Below are positions 36,513-46,502 of a DNA stretch of 64,000 bases, piece by piece. Location of the stretch: positions 1 to 64,000 of the IMG/VR virus record IMGVR_UViG_3300037467_001904; one strand, 5' to 3'. Positions within the stretch are counted from its first letter, which is position 1. Every line of letters begins with the position of its first letter. Position numbers and translations under genes: made by a program. The notes under the pieces are model-generated. The model was not told the DNA's origin. It saw only the letters and a list, made by a program, of their open reading frames with translations, and did not search any database. Origin of the DNA: a virus (taxonomy: Duplodnaviria; Caudoviricetes).

Positions 36513-37180
36513 GTGGAAAACCAGAAGGCTTTTTCGGCCAGCAAGGCGCGTCGGCTGACACCTCAGAGAGCAACGCCACCGATTTCCAGATCCAGCAAGC
36601 GCTGGCGCAGGTCAGAACCACGGTACCGGTCAAGATCATTGCTGTGCATGGTGGCGGGACCGGTGGCGGGCCGCCCACTGTCGATGTCCAGCCTTTGATC
36701 AATCAGATCGACGGCCAGGGCAACAAGACCGACCATGGCATCATCTATGGCATCCCCTGCATGCGCAGCCAGGGAGGGGGAGCCACGATCGTCATGGACC
36801 CGTCGGTGGGCGATGTCGGCATGATGTCGATCGTGGACCGGGATATGTCGTCGCTGAAAGCCAACAAGGGCGGCCAGTCCAACCCCGGGTCCTTCCGGCG
36901 CCACGATCTTTCCGACGGCATCTATACCGGCCCGATCCTGAATGCGAAGCCGCCGACCAAGTTCATCCATCTCACCGGCGACGGGATCTCGATGCAGGAC
37001 GAGCACGGCAACAAGGTCTCGTCGAGCGGTGCCGGCTGGAACTTCAACGGCGTCATCATCGACAGCTCCGGCAACATCAAGACGCCAGGCGGCATCACTG
37101 CAGGGGACGGCACCGGCGACAGTGTCACCTTGCAGCAGCATCGTCATGCCGGTGGCCCGCCCCCGGATCCAGGAACCTGA
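36509..37180 (+). CDS. Baseplate spike (gp138/gpV-like)
   Basis: VDVQPLINQIDG; VGDVG; RRHDLSDG; terminal QQHRH metal-binding tip. Confidence 0.82.
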   Translation: MSGKPEGFFGQQGASADTSESNATDFQIQQALAQVRTTVPVKIIAVHGGGTGGGPPTVDVQPLINQIDGQGNKTDHGIIYGIPCMRSQGGGATIVMDPSVGDVGMMSIVDRDMSSLKANKGGQSNPGSFRRHDLSDGIYTGPILNAKPPTKFIHLTGDGISMQDEHGNKVSSSGAGWNFNGVIIDSSGNIKTPGGITAGDGTGDSVTLQQHRHAGGPPPDPGT

Positions 37181-37191
37181 AGGAGGCAACC

Positions 37192-37542
37192 ATTCGTACC
37201 TTGCTTCTCGATGTCGACGCCTGGGATCTGGCAGCCGACGCCACGGGCAACATCGCTGTTGCGGAGGAACCCTATTCCCTGGCGCAAGATGCCGCGAGTG
37301 CGATCCGCCTGTTCCTTGGCGAGCTCTATTACGACACCTCGCAGGGCATCCCGTTTTTCGAGCAGATCCTGGGCCGCAGGCCGCCGGTTTCGCTCATGAA
37401 GGCCCATTTCAATCGGCAGGCCATGACGGTTCCCGGCGTGGTCAAATCGCAGTGCTTCATCACCGACTGGACCGACCGCAAGGTCAGCGGGCAGGTCCAG
37501 GTCTGGGATGCGAACGGCAACGTCTCGGCCGCAGGATTCTGA
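37192..37542 (+). CDS. Baseplate wedge subunit (gp25/gpW-like), apparent ATT start
   Basis: AGGAGG-5nt-ATT CGT ACC TTG; [16 protein letters not shown]. Confidence 0.75.
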   Translation: MRTLLLDVDAWDLAADATGNIAVAEEPYSLAQDAASAIRLFLGELYYDTSQGIPFFEQILGRRPPVSLMKAHFNRQAMTVPGVVKSQCFITDWTDRKVSGQVQVWDANGNVSAAGF

Positions 37543-37546
37543 ACCC

Positions 37547-39004
37547 ATGACAGTGCAGACCAATGTGCCGGTTCCGGAATGGACCGACAAAGGGTTCGTC
37601 GTGCCCGCAACGGCCGATATCCTCGCCGGTGTCCAGGCCGACATCAATGCGGCGTTCGGCGGGAACCTGAATTTCACCACCAACGATGGGTCCACGACGA
37701 ACCCGACACCTCAGGGGCAGCTTGCCGCCTCGGAGACGGCTGTCATCGACAACGCCAATGCTCTGTTCCTGCGGTATACCCAGCAGGTCGACCCGGCGTT
37801 CGCCGAGGGGCGCATGCAGGACGCCATCGCCCGGATCTATTTTATCGAGCGCAATCCGGCGCTGCCGACCGTCGTCCAAGCAGTTTGCACCGGCTTGCCC
37901 GGCGTCGTCATCACCCCAGGCTCGCAGGCTCTGGCGCTTGATGGAAGCCGCTATATCTGCACCTCGGGAGGGACGATTTCCGCCTCTGGCAGCGTCACTC
38001 TGCAGTTCGAATGCTTGACGGTCGGGCCTATTCCATGCCCTGCCGGCACCTTGAATCAGATCTATCAGTCCATCCCGGGATGGGATTCGATCGACAATCC
38101 GACGGACGGCGTTCCCGGCAGCGATGTCGAGAGCAAGAGCCAGTTCGAAGCCAGGCGCGCAGCGTCGGTGGCCCTGAACAGCAATGGCTCGCTGCCCTCG
38201 GTGCTCGGTGCCGTGCTCGACGTGCCGAACGTGATCGATGCCTACGTGGTCGAGAATGACACCAATGATCTGAAAACGATCGGCGGCGTCTCGCTCTACC
38301 CGAACTCGATCTATGTCGCCGTCGTCGGTGGGGATCCGCAAGCGATCGGCGAGGCGATCTGGTCCAGGAAGGCGCCCGGGTGCTCCTACAACGGCAACAC
38401 CACGGTCACCGTTCAGGACCGCAGCGCCGGCTATGTGCCGCCTTATCCGTCCTACTCGGTCAAGTACCAGATCCCAAGCGCATTGCAGACGCTCTTTGCG
38501 GTCGCCTTGGCGAACAATCCGCAGGTGCCGGCCGACGTGGTCACCCAGGTCCGGGACGCCATCATGAACGCCTTCGTTGGCGCCGATGGCGGCCCTCGCG
38601 CCAAGATCGGGACGAAGCTGTTCGCCAGCCGGTTCTATGCCGCCGTGGCTGCCCTGGGCTCTTGGGTCCAGATCATCTCGATCGAGATCGGCTCGACGAA
38701 CAACGCCGGCGCAGCCTTCACGGGGACGATCGCAGGAACGACCCTCACGGTGTCGGCGGTGTCATCCGGGGCCCTTGCCATCGGGCAAACGATCGTCGAC
38801 GCCACTGGCGCCGTGGTTGCCGGAACGACCATCACGGCGCTGGGGACCGGCACCGGGGGAACGGGGACCTATACGGTCAGCAATTCGCAGACCGTGCCGA
38901 CCGAACTGATGCAGTCGGCCGTGCCTGATCTCTTCGACTTCGACGTCCATATCGACCAGGTGCCGACCTTGGCGCCGGGCAACATCGCTGTGACGCTGAG
39001 CTGA
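37547..39004 (+). CDS. Baseplate J-like wedge protein with inserted beta module
   Basis: TPQGQLAAS; [12 protein letters not shown]; [10 protein letters not shown]; insert at about 38717-38897. Confidence 0.88.
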   Translation: MTVQTNVPVPEWTDKGFVVPATADILAGVQADINAAFGGNLNFTTNDGSTTNPTPQGQLAASETAVIDNANALFLRYTQQVDPAFAEGRMQDAIARIYFIERNPALPTVVQAVCTGLPGVVITPGSQALALDGSRYICTSGGTISASGSVTLQFECLTVGPIPCPAGTLNQIYQSIPGWDSIDNPTDGVPGSDVESKSQFEARRAASVALNSNGSLPSVLGAVLDVPNVIDAYVVENDTNDLKTIGGVSLYPNSIYVAVVGGDPQAIGEAIWSRKAPGCSYNGNTTVTVQDRSAGYVPPYPSYSVKYQIPSALQTLFAVALANNPQVPADVVTQVRDAIMNAFVGADGGPRAKIGTKLFASRFYAAVAALGSWVQIISIEIGSTNNAGAAFTGTIAGTTLTVSAVSSGALAIGQTIVDATGAVVAGTTITALGTGTGGTGTYTVSNSQTVPTELMQSAVPDLFDFDVHIDQVPTLAPGNIAVTLS

Positions 39005-39008
39005 TTTC

Positions 39009-39758
39009 ATGGTTGAGACCGGACCTCCTTACCCTCCTGGACCTGGGCCGGGATCGAACGGCATTGGCCTTTTCGAGATCGGCGTCAGCCCCATCGGGAC
39101 GATCAAAGGCTTCGACGTCTGGAAGACGGTAATTTCCCAGTACGCCAATAGCCCGATCCTGACGCAGCTGATCCTCAACCTCGACGCCTATCTCGACCAA
39201 ACCAAGAACTTCGACGCCTTCTACGACCTGATCTGGAACGTCGACACCGCAGTCGATTACGGCCTCGACATCTGGGGCCGGATCGTCGGTGTCCGACGCA
39301 TCCTGCAAGTCGAGATCGGCGACTGGTTCGGTTTCAAGGAGGCGCTTCCGGGTTCCGACGCCTTCGGGCAGGGGGCCTTCTATTCTGGCGCTCCCCTGAC
39401 CAGCAATTACCGACTCACCGATCAGGCCTATCGCCGGCTCATCATGGCCAAGGCGGCAGCCAACATCACGAACGGCTCGATCCCAGCGATCAACCGGATC
39501 CTGATGAACCTCTTTCCCCACAGAGGGAATTGCTACGTCACCGAGGGATTTCATTCCGGCAGCTGGTTCGGCTTCGCGGAATCGATCAACGCCCAGGGCT
39601 TCGATCAGGCCGCGTTCTACGCCGGCCAGGCCATCCAAACCATGGTGATGACCTACACATTCGAGTTCGAATTGACGCCTGTCGAGCTCGCCATCGTCCA
39701 GCAGTCCGGGGTTCTCCCCAAATCCACCGGCGTCGCCGCCTCGGTCGTCATTCGCTAG
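39009..39758 (+). CDS. Baseplate wedge protein (DUF2612-like)
   Basis: TVISQYANSP; WNVDTAVDYGLDIWGRIVG. Confidence 0.8.
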   Translation: MVETGPPYPPGPGPGSNGIGLFEIGVSPIGTIKGFDVWKTVISQYANSPILTQLILNLDAYLDQTKNFDAFYDLIWNVDTAVDYGLDIWGRIVGVRRILQVEIGDWFGFKEALPGSDAFGQGAFYSGAPLTSNYRLTDQAYRRLIMAKAAANITNGSIPAINRILMNLFPHRGNCYVTEGFHSGSWFGFAESINAQGFDQAAFYAGQAIQTMVMTYTFEFELTPVELAIVQQSGVLPKSTGVAASVVIR

Positions 39759-39766
39759 GTCCGCAA

Positions 39767-40990
39767 ATGAAATATTCCCAGATCCCGGCCAAATTCCCGA
39801 TCCCCTTCGCGGCGAATGCCGGCGGCGGCTTCATCAACCCGATTCCGCAAAATTCGCAGATCGGGATCATCGATGGCGCCGCCTCTCTCACCGACGGCTT
39901 TCCGCCGCTGAACTTCACGCCCGTCGGTTCGGGCGGTGTGCCGCCTCGAGGTGTCGACTTCAACGGCATCCTGAACGCGATCACGCTGTGGAGCCGCTGG
40001 CAGGCCGCCGGCGCTCAGGTGAGGTTCGACGCCGCGTTTGCTGCCGCGATCGGCGGCTACCCCATGGGCGCTATGCTGGCCGGCAGCACGTCGGGAACGG
40101 TCTGGCTCAACACCGTCGACGACAATATCACCAATCCTGAAGGCGGCAGCCCGGTCGGCTGGATCAATCTGGCAACCCAATCGGCTTCGATCAGCGTCGG
40201 CACCGATACCGGCAGCGCCAATGTCCTCACTGCCAATGTCAGCCCGGCGCCGACGGCTTATCTCAACGGAGCGATCTTCATCGTCCAGAAGATCGGCACC
40301 GCGAACAATGGCGCCATGGTCGGCAACATCCAGTCGATTGGCCAGGTGCCGATCGTCGGGCCCAATGGTGCCCCGCTGACGCAAGGCCAGTATCCCGCCA
40401 GCCATAACGGCATCATGATCTACCTGACGGCGCTGTCGTCGCTGCTGCTGCTCAACCCAGCTTCCGCTGCCGATCCCAGCACGGTCCAGCCCGGAACGAT
40501 CGAGTTCTACACCGGCGTGGTGCCACCGACGGGCCGGATCAAGGCCAACGGTGCCTCATTGAGCCGGACCACCTATGCCGCGTTGTGGTCATTCGCCCAG
40601 GTCAGCGGCAACCTCGCCGCCTCACAGGGGCTGAAGACCGCCGGCCAGTTCGGTCCTGGGGATGGAACCACGACCTTCACCATTCCGGATCTTCGCGGAT
40701 ACTTCCTGCGAGCGTTCGACGACACCGCCGGCATCGATCCCGCCAGGACCTTCGGCAGCACCCAGGGCGACGCCTTCGCCAGCCATATCCATTTCTCCTG
40801 GGATCAGGGCAATGGAAACGTCTGGAACACGAACGTCGGCAGCATCACCGTGGGCCCCACGGTCCCAGGACGATTGCTGAATGCTGGTGTTGCCGGCGTC
40901 TCCAATGGCCCCTCGATGACCACGACCGCGACAGGTGGCACCGAAACCAGGCCGAAGAACATCAGTCTCCTGGCCTGTATCAAAATCTGA
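39767..40990 (+). CDS. Tail fibre with collar domain
   Basis: DGAASLTDGFPP; KANGASLSRTTYAALW...FTIPDLRGYFLR; ETRPKNISLLACIK. Confidence 0.85.
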   Translation: MKYSQIPAKFPIPFAANAGGGFINPIPQNSQIGIIDGAASLTDGFPPLNFTPVGSGGVPPRGVDFNGILNAITLWSRWQAAGAQVRFDAAFAAAIGGYPMGAMLAGSTSGTVWLNTVDDNITNPEGGSPVGWINLATQSASISVGTDTGSANVLTANVSPAPTAYLNGAIFIVQKIGTANNGAMVGNIQSIGQVPIVGPNGAPLTQGQYPASHNGIMIYLTALSSLLLLNPASAADPSTVQPGTIEFYTGVVPPTGRIKANGASLSRTTYAALWSFAQVSGNLAASQGLKTAGQFGPGDGTTTFTIPDLRGYFLRAFDDTAGIDPARTFGSTQGDAFASHIHFSWDQGNGNVWNTNVGSITVGPTVPGRLLNAGVAGVSNGPSMTTTATGGTETRPKNISLLACIKI

Positions 40991-40997
40991 GGCAGAC

Positions 40998-41660
40998 ATG
41001 CAGATCTGGAATTATGAAGCCGGCTCCGGTGCGCTCATCGGGCCCGGGAACGCCGATCCGTGCCCGATCGAGGCAGGGCAATATCTTATTCCGGCGAATG
41101 CGACGACTGTCGCGCCGCCGAAATTCAAGCCGGAGACTGAGACCTGTGTCTTCGCCGACGGGGCATGGTCGGTTATCCCGTTGCCTGAGCAGGCCTCGTC
41201 GCCAAAGCCGGACCTTGCCACCCTGGCGAATGAGGCGGCTTTGATTGTCCAGGCGATCTGTGCAGGGATCCTGCAGCAGATCTATCCCGATCCGGTCCGT
41301 CAGGCTGCCATGCAGACAGCTGCGGCGATCGTCGGATGCAATGCCGGCCAGGCTCCCTCATCTGGCCCCCTGGCAGACAGGTTCGAGGTCATCGCCAAGC
41401 TCTATATCAAGGGTAGCGGCGCCAAGGATGCATTCTGCCGGATCCTGGTCGCGCTCCAGGCCGCGACGATCGATCTGAATATCGCGCTGGCAACGGCAGA
41501 AACATCGATCGCCTCGGCAAAGAAGCCCGCCCAGATCAAAGCGGCGCTGGATGCCTTCCAGGCCTCGATCGCGGCGATTGTCGCAGCCATCAACGACACG
41601 CCGCTTCCCGCGGCTGTCGCGGCCCCAGGGCCGATCTCGCTCCCCGGAATCAACGCGTAG
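40998..41660 (+). CDS. Tail fibre assembly-like protein
   Basis: IWNYEAGSG...YLIPANATTVAPP...FADGAW. Confidence 0.7.
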   Translation: MQIWNYEAGSGALIGPGNADPCPIEAGQYLIPANATTVAPPKFKPETETCVFADGAWSVIPLPEQASSPKPDLATLANEAALIVQAICAGILQQIYPDPVRQAAMQTAAAIVGCNAGQAPSSGPLADRFEVIAKLYIKGSGAKDAFCRILVALQAATIDLNIALATAETSIASAKKPAQIKAALDAFQASIAAIVAAINDTPLPAAVAAPGPISLPGINA

Positions 41661-41669
41661 AGCCCAGAC

Positions 41670-43565
41670 ATGAAGCTTCGCATCCTTGCCGCCCTGGCCC
41701 TGTTCTGGCCAGCGCTGGCGCTCGCCCAGACCTCGCCGAACCTGACCTATGGCCAGGTGTCGACGCCGGGCCAGTGGAACAGCTACTTCGCCGCCAAACA
41801 GGACGTTCTCGGCTATACGCCGGTGAACCGTGCCGGCGACACCATGTTCGGTACGCTGAAGACGCTCTCCCCGACGGGCAACGTGGCCGGTCTGGTTGTG
41901 ACTCCTGGTCTGGCCCCGACGTCGCCGGCGGACGGCAGCATCTGGGTCACCAATACCGGCATCTACACCCAGATCAACGGATCGACGATCGGCCCGCTTG
42001 GTTCGATCACGCCCGGCGCATTTGCCGCGACGCCGCCGCTCACCGTCAATGTCGCCGGAGGTGTTGCGACCTTCGGCATCGATACCAGCTATTTCGCCAA
42101 AACAGCGAGCAATCTCTCTGATCTGGCAAGCGCTTCGGCGGCCCGTGCGAATCTGGGTCTTGGCTCGATAGCGACCCTCAATAGCGTCGATCTTACAGCC
42201 AACGTTTCCAACACCCTGCCTGTGGCAAACGGTGGAACCGGTGCTGCGTCGCTGACGGCGAATGGCGTCCTCTTCGGAGGGGGAACCGGTGCGGTTCAGG
42301 CTACATCTGCTCTCTCGGCTGGCCAGATTGTTGTCGGTGTGACGTCTGGTGCTCCTCGCGCTCTCTCGATGTCTGGTGATTGCACGCTCGCGTCTTCGGG
42401 GGCGATAACCTGCACCAAGACCAATGGCACCGCGCTCGGGCCCTTCGCCACGGCATCGACCATCAACCTCACTTCCAACGTGACCGGCACGCTTCCGGTG
42501 GCCAATGGGGGCACTGGCGCGGCGACGCTGGGTCAATACAATGTCTTGCTCGGCAACGGCACCTCAGCGCTGGCCGGAACCCTATTGACCTCTGGCCAGC
42601 TGCTCGTCGGCCAGGCCACGTTTCCGCAAGCCAGAACGCTCAGCGGCGACTGCACCCTTGCCAACACCGGTGCGATCACCTGCACCAAGCTCAACGGAGT
42701 GTCACCGGGCACGACATATCCGTTGAATGTCGGCACCTCGGCTAACAACGTCGTCCAACTCGACGGATCCAGTCGCTACCCCGCCGCCGACGGTTCCCAG
42801 ATCACCAACATCTCCGCGGTTTGGGCACCCGGCACGCTGAACGGTCTCACGCTTTCCCGCGCATCGGCGACCACAGTTGGCATCGCTACCGGCGCTGCGA
42901 GAAACGAGGATACCGGCACCGGGTTCAATATGATCCTGGCTTCGGCGATCACGAAGTCACTGTCGACCTGGGCAGCCGGTACTGGCAATGGTGGCCTCGA
43001 TACCGGCTCCATTGCCGCCAGCTCCTGGTACCACGTCTGGCTGATACGCAAGGATAGCGACGGCTCGATCGACGCCCTGCTATCATTAAGCGCGACTGCC
43101 CCGACGATGCCTTCTGGCTACACGGCGCGACGACGCATTGGAGCGATCAAGACAGATCTATCTGGACAGGTCATCGCGTTCACACAGATCGGCGACCGCT
43201 TCATCTGGGCGGCTGCAAGCCGTGACATGTCGTCTGCCGTTGCATCGACCTCGGCCCAACTCGTCACGCTCTCGGTTCCTACAGGCATCAGCGCACTTGC
43301 TGATATCGAGGTTCTCGCCACGGCTGGCGTGAGCGTCGCGATCTATGTTTCGTCTCCCTATCAAAACGACGAAGCGCCTGGAACCGACGAGAGCACGACG
43401 CCAGGCTATACCGCTTACGCGGCATCGTCCTTCAATAGGTCACCGCTGCGCGGCCAGTTCATGACCAACACATCCGGCCAGATCCGGACGAGGAATAGCG
43501 TCGCGAACTCAACCACCATCGGCATCTTCACCTACGGATGGGTCGACACGAGAGGGAGGAGCTGA
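41670..43565 (+). CDS. Second fibre/receptor-binding protein with internal repeats
   Basis: Repeated LPVANGGTGAA and GDCTLA.(S/T)GAITCTK; signal-like N-terminus. Confidence 0.7.
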   Translation: MKLRILAALALFWPALALAQTSPNLTYGQVSTPGQWNSYFAAKQDVLGYTPVNRAGDTMFGTLKTLSPTGNVAGLVVTPGLAPTSPADGSIWVTNTGIYTQINGSTIGPLGSITPGAFAATPPLTVNVAGGVATFGIDTSYFAKTASNLSDLASASAARANLGLGSIATLNSVDLTANVSNTLPVANGGTGAASLTANGVLFGGGTGAVQATSALSAGQIVVGVTSGAPRALSMSGDCTLASSGAITCTKTNGTALGPFATASTINLTSNVTGTLPVANGGTGAATLGQYNVLLGNGTSALAGTLLTSGQLLVGQATFPQARTLSGDCTLANTGAITCTKLNGVSPGTTYPLNVGTSANNVVQLDGSSRYPAADGSQITNISAVWAPGTLNGLTLSRASATTVGIATGAARNEDTGTGFNMILASAITKSLSTWAAGTGNGGLDTGSIAASSWYHVWLIRKDSDGSIDALLSLSATAPTMPSGYTARRRIGAIKTDLSGQVIAFTQIGDRFIWAAASRDMSSAVASTSAQLVTLSVPTGISALADIEVLATAGVSVAIYVSSPYQNDEAPGTDESTTPGYTAYAASSFNRSPLRGQFMTNTSGQIRTRNSVANSTTIGIFTYGWVDTRGRS

Positions 43566-43966
43566 TGCCCTATGTCCAACGCGATACCAATGGCGCAGTC
43601 ATCGGGGTCTTCGCCAATCCGCAGCCCGATTATGCAGCGGAATGGCTCGATGACGATGACCCGGCCATCGCTACCTTTCAGGCGACACTGGCCAGAGCGA
43701 GGCTCGACGCCATGTCAGTCTCAGCCTTCCAGGCCCAGGCCGCTATGGCGATAGCCCAGGCGAAGGGGATCACCGACTTCGACCTCCTCGCCAAGGTGCA
43801 GCAGATCGTTTCGGCTGCGCCTGATCCCATGGTGCAGATCGCCTGGAACAAGGCCGCCGAGTTTCGGAGAGATTCTCCGACCATCCTCGCCTTGGCGGCG
43901 TCGGTACCGCTGACCTCGGATCAGCTCGACCAGCTCTTCGAACTGGCCGCGACGATCAGCGCCTGA
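43565..43966 (+). CDS. Fibre-associated chaperone-like hypothetical
   Basis: YVQRDTNGAVIG...; WNKAAEFRRDSP...LDQLF. Confidence 0.65.
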   Translation: MPYVQRDTNGAVIGVFANPQPDYAAEWLDDDDPAIATFQATLARARLDAMSVSAFQAQAAMAIAQAKGITDFDLLAKVQQIVSAAPDPMVQIAWNKAAEFRRDSPTILALAASVPLTSDQLDQLFELAATISA

Positions 43967-43991
43967 CGACCCGTTCACGTCCGACCAACTG

Positions 43992-44019
43992 GGCCCCGCT
44001 TCGGCGGGGCCTTTCTTTT
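43992..44019 (+). terminator. Intrinsic terminator after the tail operon
   Basis: GGCCCCGC-TTCG-GCGGGGCC-TTTCTTTT. Confidence 0.8.
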
Positions 44020-44401
44020 GGAGTTCCCACAATTGCTTATCGATCGCCGCGACGTCGGCCCCATCGCCCTCGCCGTCGGCTTGATCTGGGCAGCGTCGGC
44101 GGTAGATCCCGCCATCGGCGCGGAGCGCGGCATCGCCAGCTGGTACCAGACGGGAACCAAAACCGCGAGTGGTGAGCGTTTCCGGCCAGATGGGCTCACC
44201 TGTGCGAGGCGTCGAGGTCGGTTCGGCTCGATGCTGCGAGTTACCGATCTAAGGAGCGGACGTTCGATCGTCTGCAGGCTGAATGATCGAGGTCCAGCAT
44301 CGTGGACCGGGCGCGAGATCGATCTATCGCGGGGAGCCGCTCGCTCCCTCGGCATTCTTTCAGCTGGCACCGCCAACGTCAAAATCGAGGTCCTGAAATG
44401 A
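44018..44401 (+). CDS. RlpA-family (DPBB) lytic transglycosylase-like protein (start uncertain)
   Basis: GIASWY..TASGERF..LTCA; RLNDRGP; REIDLSRGAARSLG. Confidence 0.8.
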   Translation: MEFPQLLIDRRDVGPIALAVGLIWAASAVDPAIGAERGIASWYQTGTKTASGERFRPDGLTCARRRGRFGSMLRVTDLRSGRSIVCRLNDRGPASWTGREIDLSRGAARSLGILSAGTANVKIEVLK

Positions 44402-44535
44402 TCCGCATCCTCATCCTGGGGGCGCTTGCGCTCGCCCTGTCGTCCTGTGCCTTCTGCTATTCGCCATCGGCGTGCGGCCCCAAACGCGACGCTGCGATGT
44501 GGGGAGCGGTCTCCAAGGAGATCCGCAAATGGTAA
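44398..44535 (+). CDS. 45-aa lipoprotein
   Basis: MIRILILGALALALSSC lipobox; overlap-coupled. Confidence 0.55.
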   Translation: MIRILILGALALALSSCAFCYSPSACGPKRDAAMWGAVSKEIRKW

Positions 44536-45080
44536 AGCTGCTGCTCATCCCGATCTTCGCCGTCTTGAACCATGCTCGCGGGGGCGGCGCCTGGCTGGGG
44601 ATTTCGGCGTTGCTGGAGAAGCTTCCGGGCCGCAGCATCTTCTATGCCGCTCCGCTGTCTGCACTTGTGGCTTGGCCGGCGCTGGGCTGGCGCGACGCCC
44701 TGGTCTTCGGCCTGACCTATCTGCTCTGGGGGATTCCGGAATGGGGCCGTTGGTACACGCTCAACCGGGAACCGCGCTCGATCAGCGGCGCGCCGGGATG
44801 GTGGGCGGCCGTCCTCGAGCGTTTCGCCGATCAGATCCCGATCGGCCAGATTGTCGATCCACAGACCGGCCAGAACCGCAACGACTATGCCTGCTTCACG
44901 ATCAGGAACACGGTCCTGCTGGCGCCACTATCATTCATCTCGCCCTGGCTGGCCTTCCTAGGGCCTCTTCAAACCGTCGCCTATGAGATCGGGCACCGGA
45001 TCAAGCATCCAGGCGGCATCCCGCTCTGCGAGCTGCTGTTCGGCGCCATCATTGGAGCTGCGCTCGCGCTAGTGGCTTGA
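44529..45080 (+). CDS. Multi-TM membrane protein
   Basis: Several hydrophobic segments; upstream of the endolysin. Confidence 0.6.
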   Translation: MVKLLLIPIFAVLNHARGGGAWLGISALLEKLPGRSIFYAAPLSALVAWPALGWRDALVFGLTYLLWGIPEWGRWYTLNREPRSISGAPGWWAAVLERFADQIPIGQIVDPQTGQNRNDYACFTIRNTVLLAPLSFISPWLAFLGPLQTVAYEIGHRIKHPGGIPLCELLFGAIIGAALALVA

Positions 45081-45261
45081 GGAGCGACCCGGTCTTGTTC
45101 TCTGGCAGGGAACAGCAGACCGGGCCGCCTTGCCAGCAACATCCCTACTGCCAGCGCGCCAAGAACGGCCAAACGCAGGATTTAGTTCCGCTGCACGTCG
45201 TCTCGACGCAAGCACCTGAAATCTCCCCACGAATTCCACCGAGAAAATTATCGAGGCTTCC

Positions 45262-45927
45262 ATGGACGTGCTGGCCATCCAGACACGATTGAAAGCGCTT
45301 GGCTTCAATCCAGGCCCTCTTGACGGCGATCCCGGGACGCAAACCGCACGCGCCGTCCTGGCATTCGAACGGTCGAAAGGGCTGTCGCCGGACGGCAGGA
45401 TCGATGACCGTATGGTTGCCGCCCTGTTCGCCGGTCTGGACTTCAAGGAGCCGCCATGGCTCACCGCGGCGCGTAAGGACCTTGGGATCCGCGAGGGGGT
45501 TGGCGCGGCCGACAACCCGCGCGTCGTTCAGATGTTCGCCGAAGCCGGACATCCAGAGGTCAAACACGACAGCGTCGCCTGGTGTGCAGCCGCTGTCGGC
45601 GCCTGGCTCAAACGCGCCGGCATCAAAGGCACCGGTTCACTCTGGGCGCTGGATTACCTGAAGTGGGGAGTGGCGCTGCCTGGGCCGATTCTCGGCGCAA
45701 TCGCCGTGAAGAAGCGGCAGGGCGGTGGTCATGTCACGCTCGTCGTCGGCGCCAGTTCCGGCCGCGTCTTCTGCCTCGGCGGCAACCAGTCCGACTCGGT
45801 CTCGATCGCCGCTTACGACGCCTCGGTGTTTGCCTATCGCTGGCCGTCCGGCGTTCGCATTCCGAGTCCGGCCCTTCCTCTTCCGAAGACGATTTCCGGC
45901 GCCCGCGCCGGCGTATCGGAGACCTAG
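45262..45927 (+). CDS. Endolysin (PG-binding + TIGR02594 domain)
   Basis: Paralog of 42-707. Confidence 0.85.
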   Translation: MDVLAIQTRLKALGFNPGPLDGDPGTQTARAVLAFERSKGLSPDGRIDDRMVAALFAGLDFKEPPWLTAARKDLGIREGVGAADNPRVVQMFAEAGHPEVKHDSVAWCAAAVGAWLKRAGIKGTGSLWALDYLKWGVALPGPILGAIAVKKRQGGGHVTLVVGASSGRVFCLGGNQSDSVSIAAYDASVFAYRWPSGVRIPSPALPLPKTISGARAGVSET

Positions 45928-45972
45928 AAGGGCAAGGCATCGGCTCCTTAACCGCATAGATGGGCCTCAATC

Positions 45973-46080
45973 ATGCCTCTGGAAATCATCTGGAGCGCCC
46001 TCGGCTTGGTGGCCGAATTGATGGCTACAGCCGGCGTGCTTGGCCTGCTCTGCCTATCCCTTTCGCATTTCCTTGACTGA
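45973..46080 (+). CDS. 35-aa hydrophobic peptide
   Basis: Paralog of 753-860. Confidence 0.5.
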   Translation: MPLEIIWSALGLVAELMATAGVLGLLCLSLSHFLD

Positions 46081-46135
46081 CCGCGCCCGGCGGCACCGGT
46101 CCAATTCCCCTTCTACCAACTGATAGAGACAAAGC

Positions 46136-46453
46136 ATGAGCGCTCCGTTCCGCATTCGCCTCCGTCTCAAGTCGGTCAGACCGCATTACAAGCCGGCTCC
46201 GGCCACTACACCGTTGCCAGATATCCTCAAGGGCCTTCCGAGGACTCCGTTGCCTATCATCCCTGCGAGCGTCTGCCCGCGTTGCGGCATCAGATGGGAT
46301 GGCCCAATGGGCTACTGCTGCCCAGAAGGCCAGATGTGTGGTGTCCCGCGTGAGACGCGGCCCACTGTCTTCATCCCCCAGGTTCAGACTGTCGGCTCAG
46401 GCGGCTTGGTCTACAAGCAGCCCGACGGCGTCACATACCGAACCTGGAACTAA
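46136..46453 (+). CDS. Inserted hypothetical with CxxC...CC...C
   Basis: Absent from copy A; flanked by ACCGCGCCCGG repeats. Confidence 0.55.
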   Translation: MSAPFRIRLRLKSVRPHYKPAPATTPLPDILKGLPRTPLPIIPASVCPRCGIRWDGPMGYCCPEGQMCGVPRETRPTVFIPQVQTVGSGGLVYKQPDGVTYRTWN

Positions 46454-46502
46454 CCGCGCCCGGCCGGCTGCCGAGCATAACTCCTCACAGCAGGATCTTC
46501 CG

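Noticed and set aside
42180-42700. Fibre internal repeats as DGR template/variable repeats
   Set aside because: Both copies are in-frame coding, differences are not adenine-specific, and no RT is nearby
45077-45292. 71-aa ORF upstream of the endolysin
   Set aside because: TTG start, no motif; the region is better explained by a long hairpin (45087-45124) and the endolysin leader
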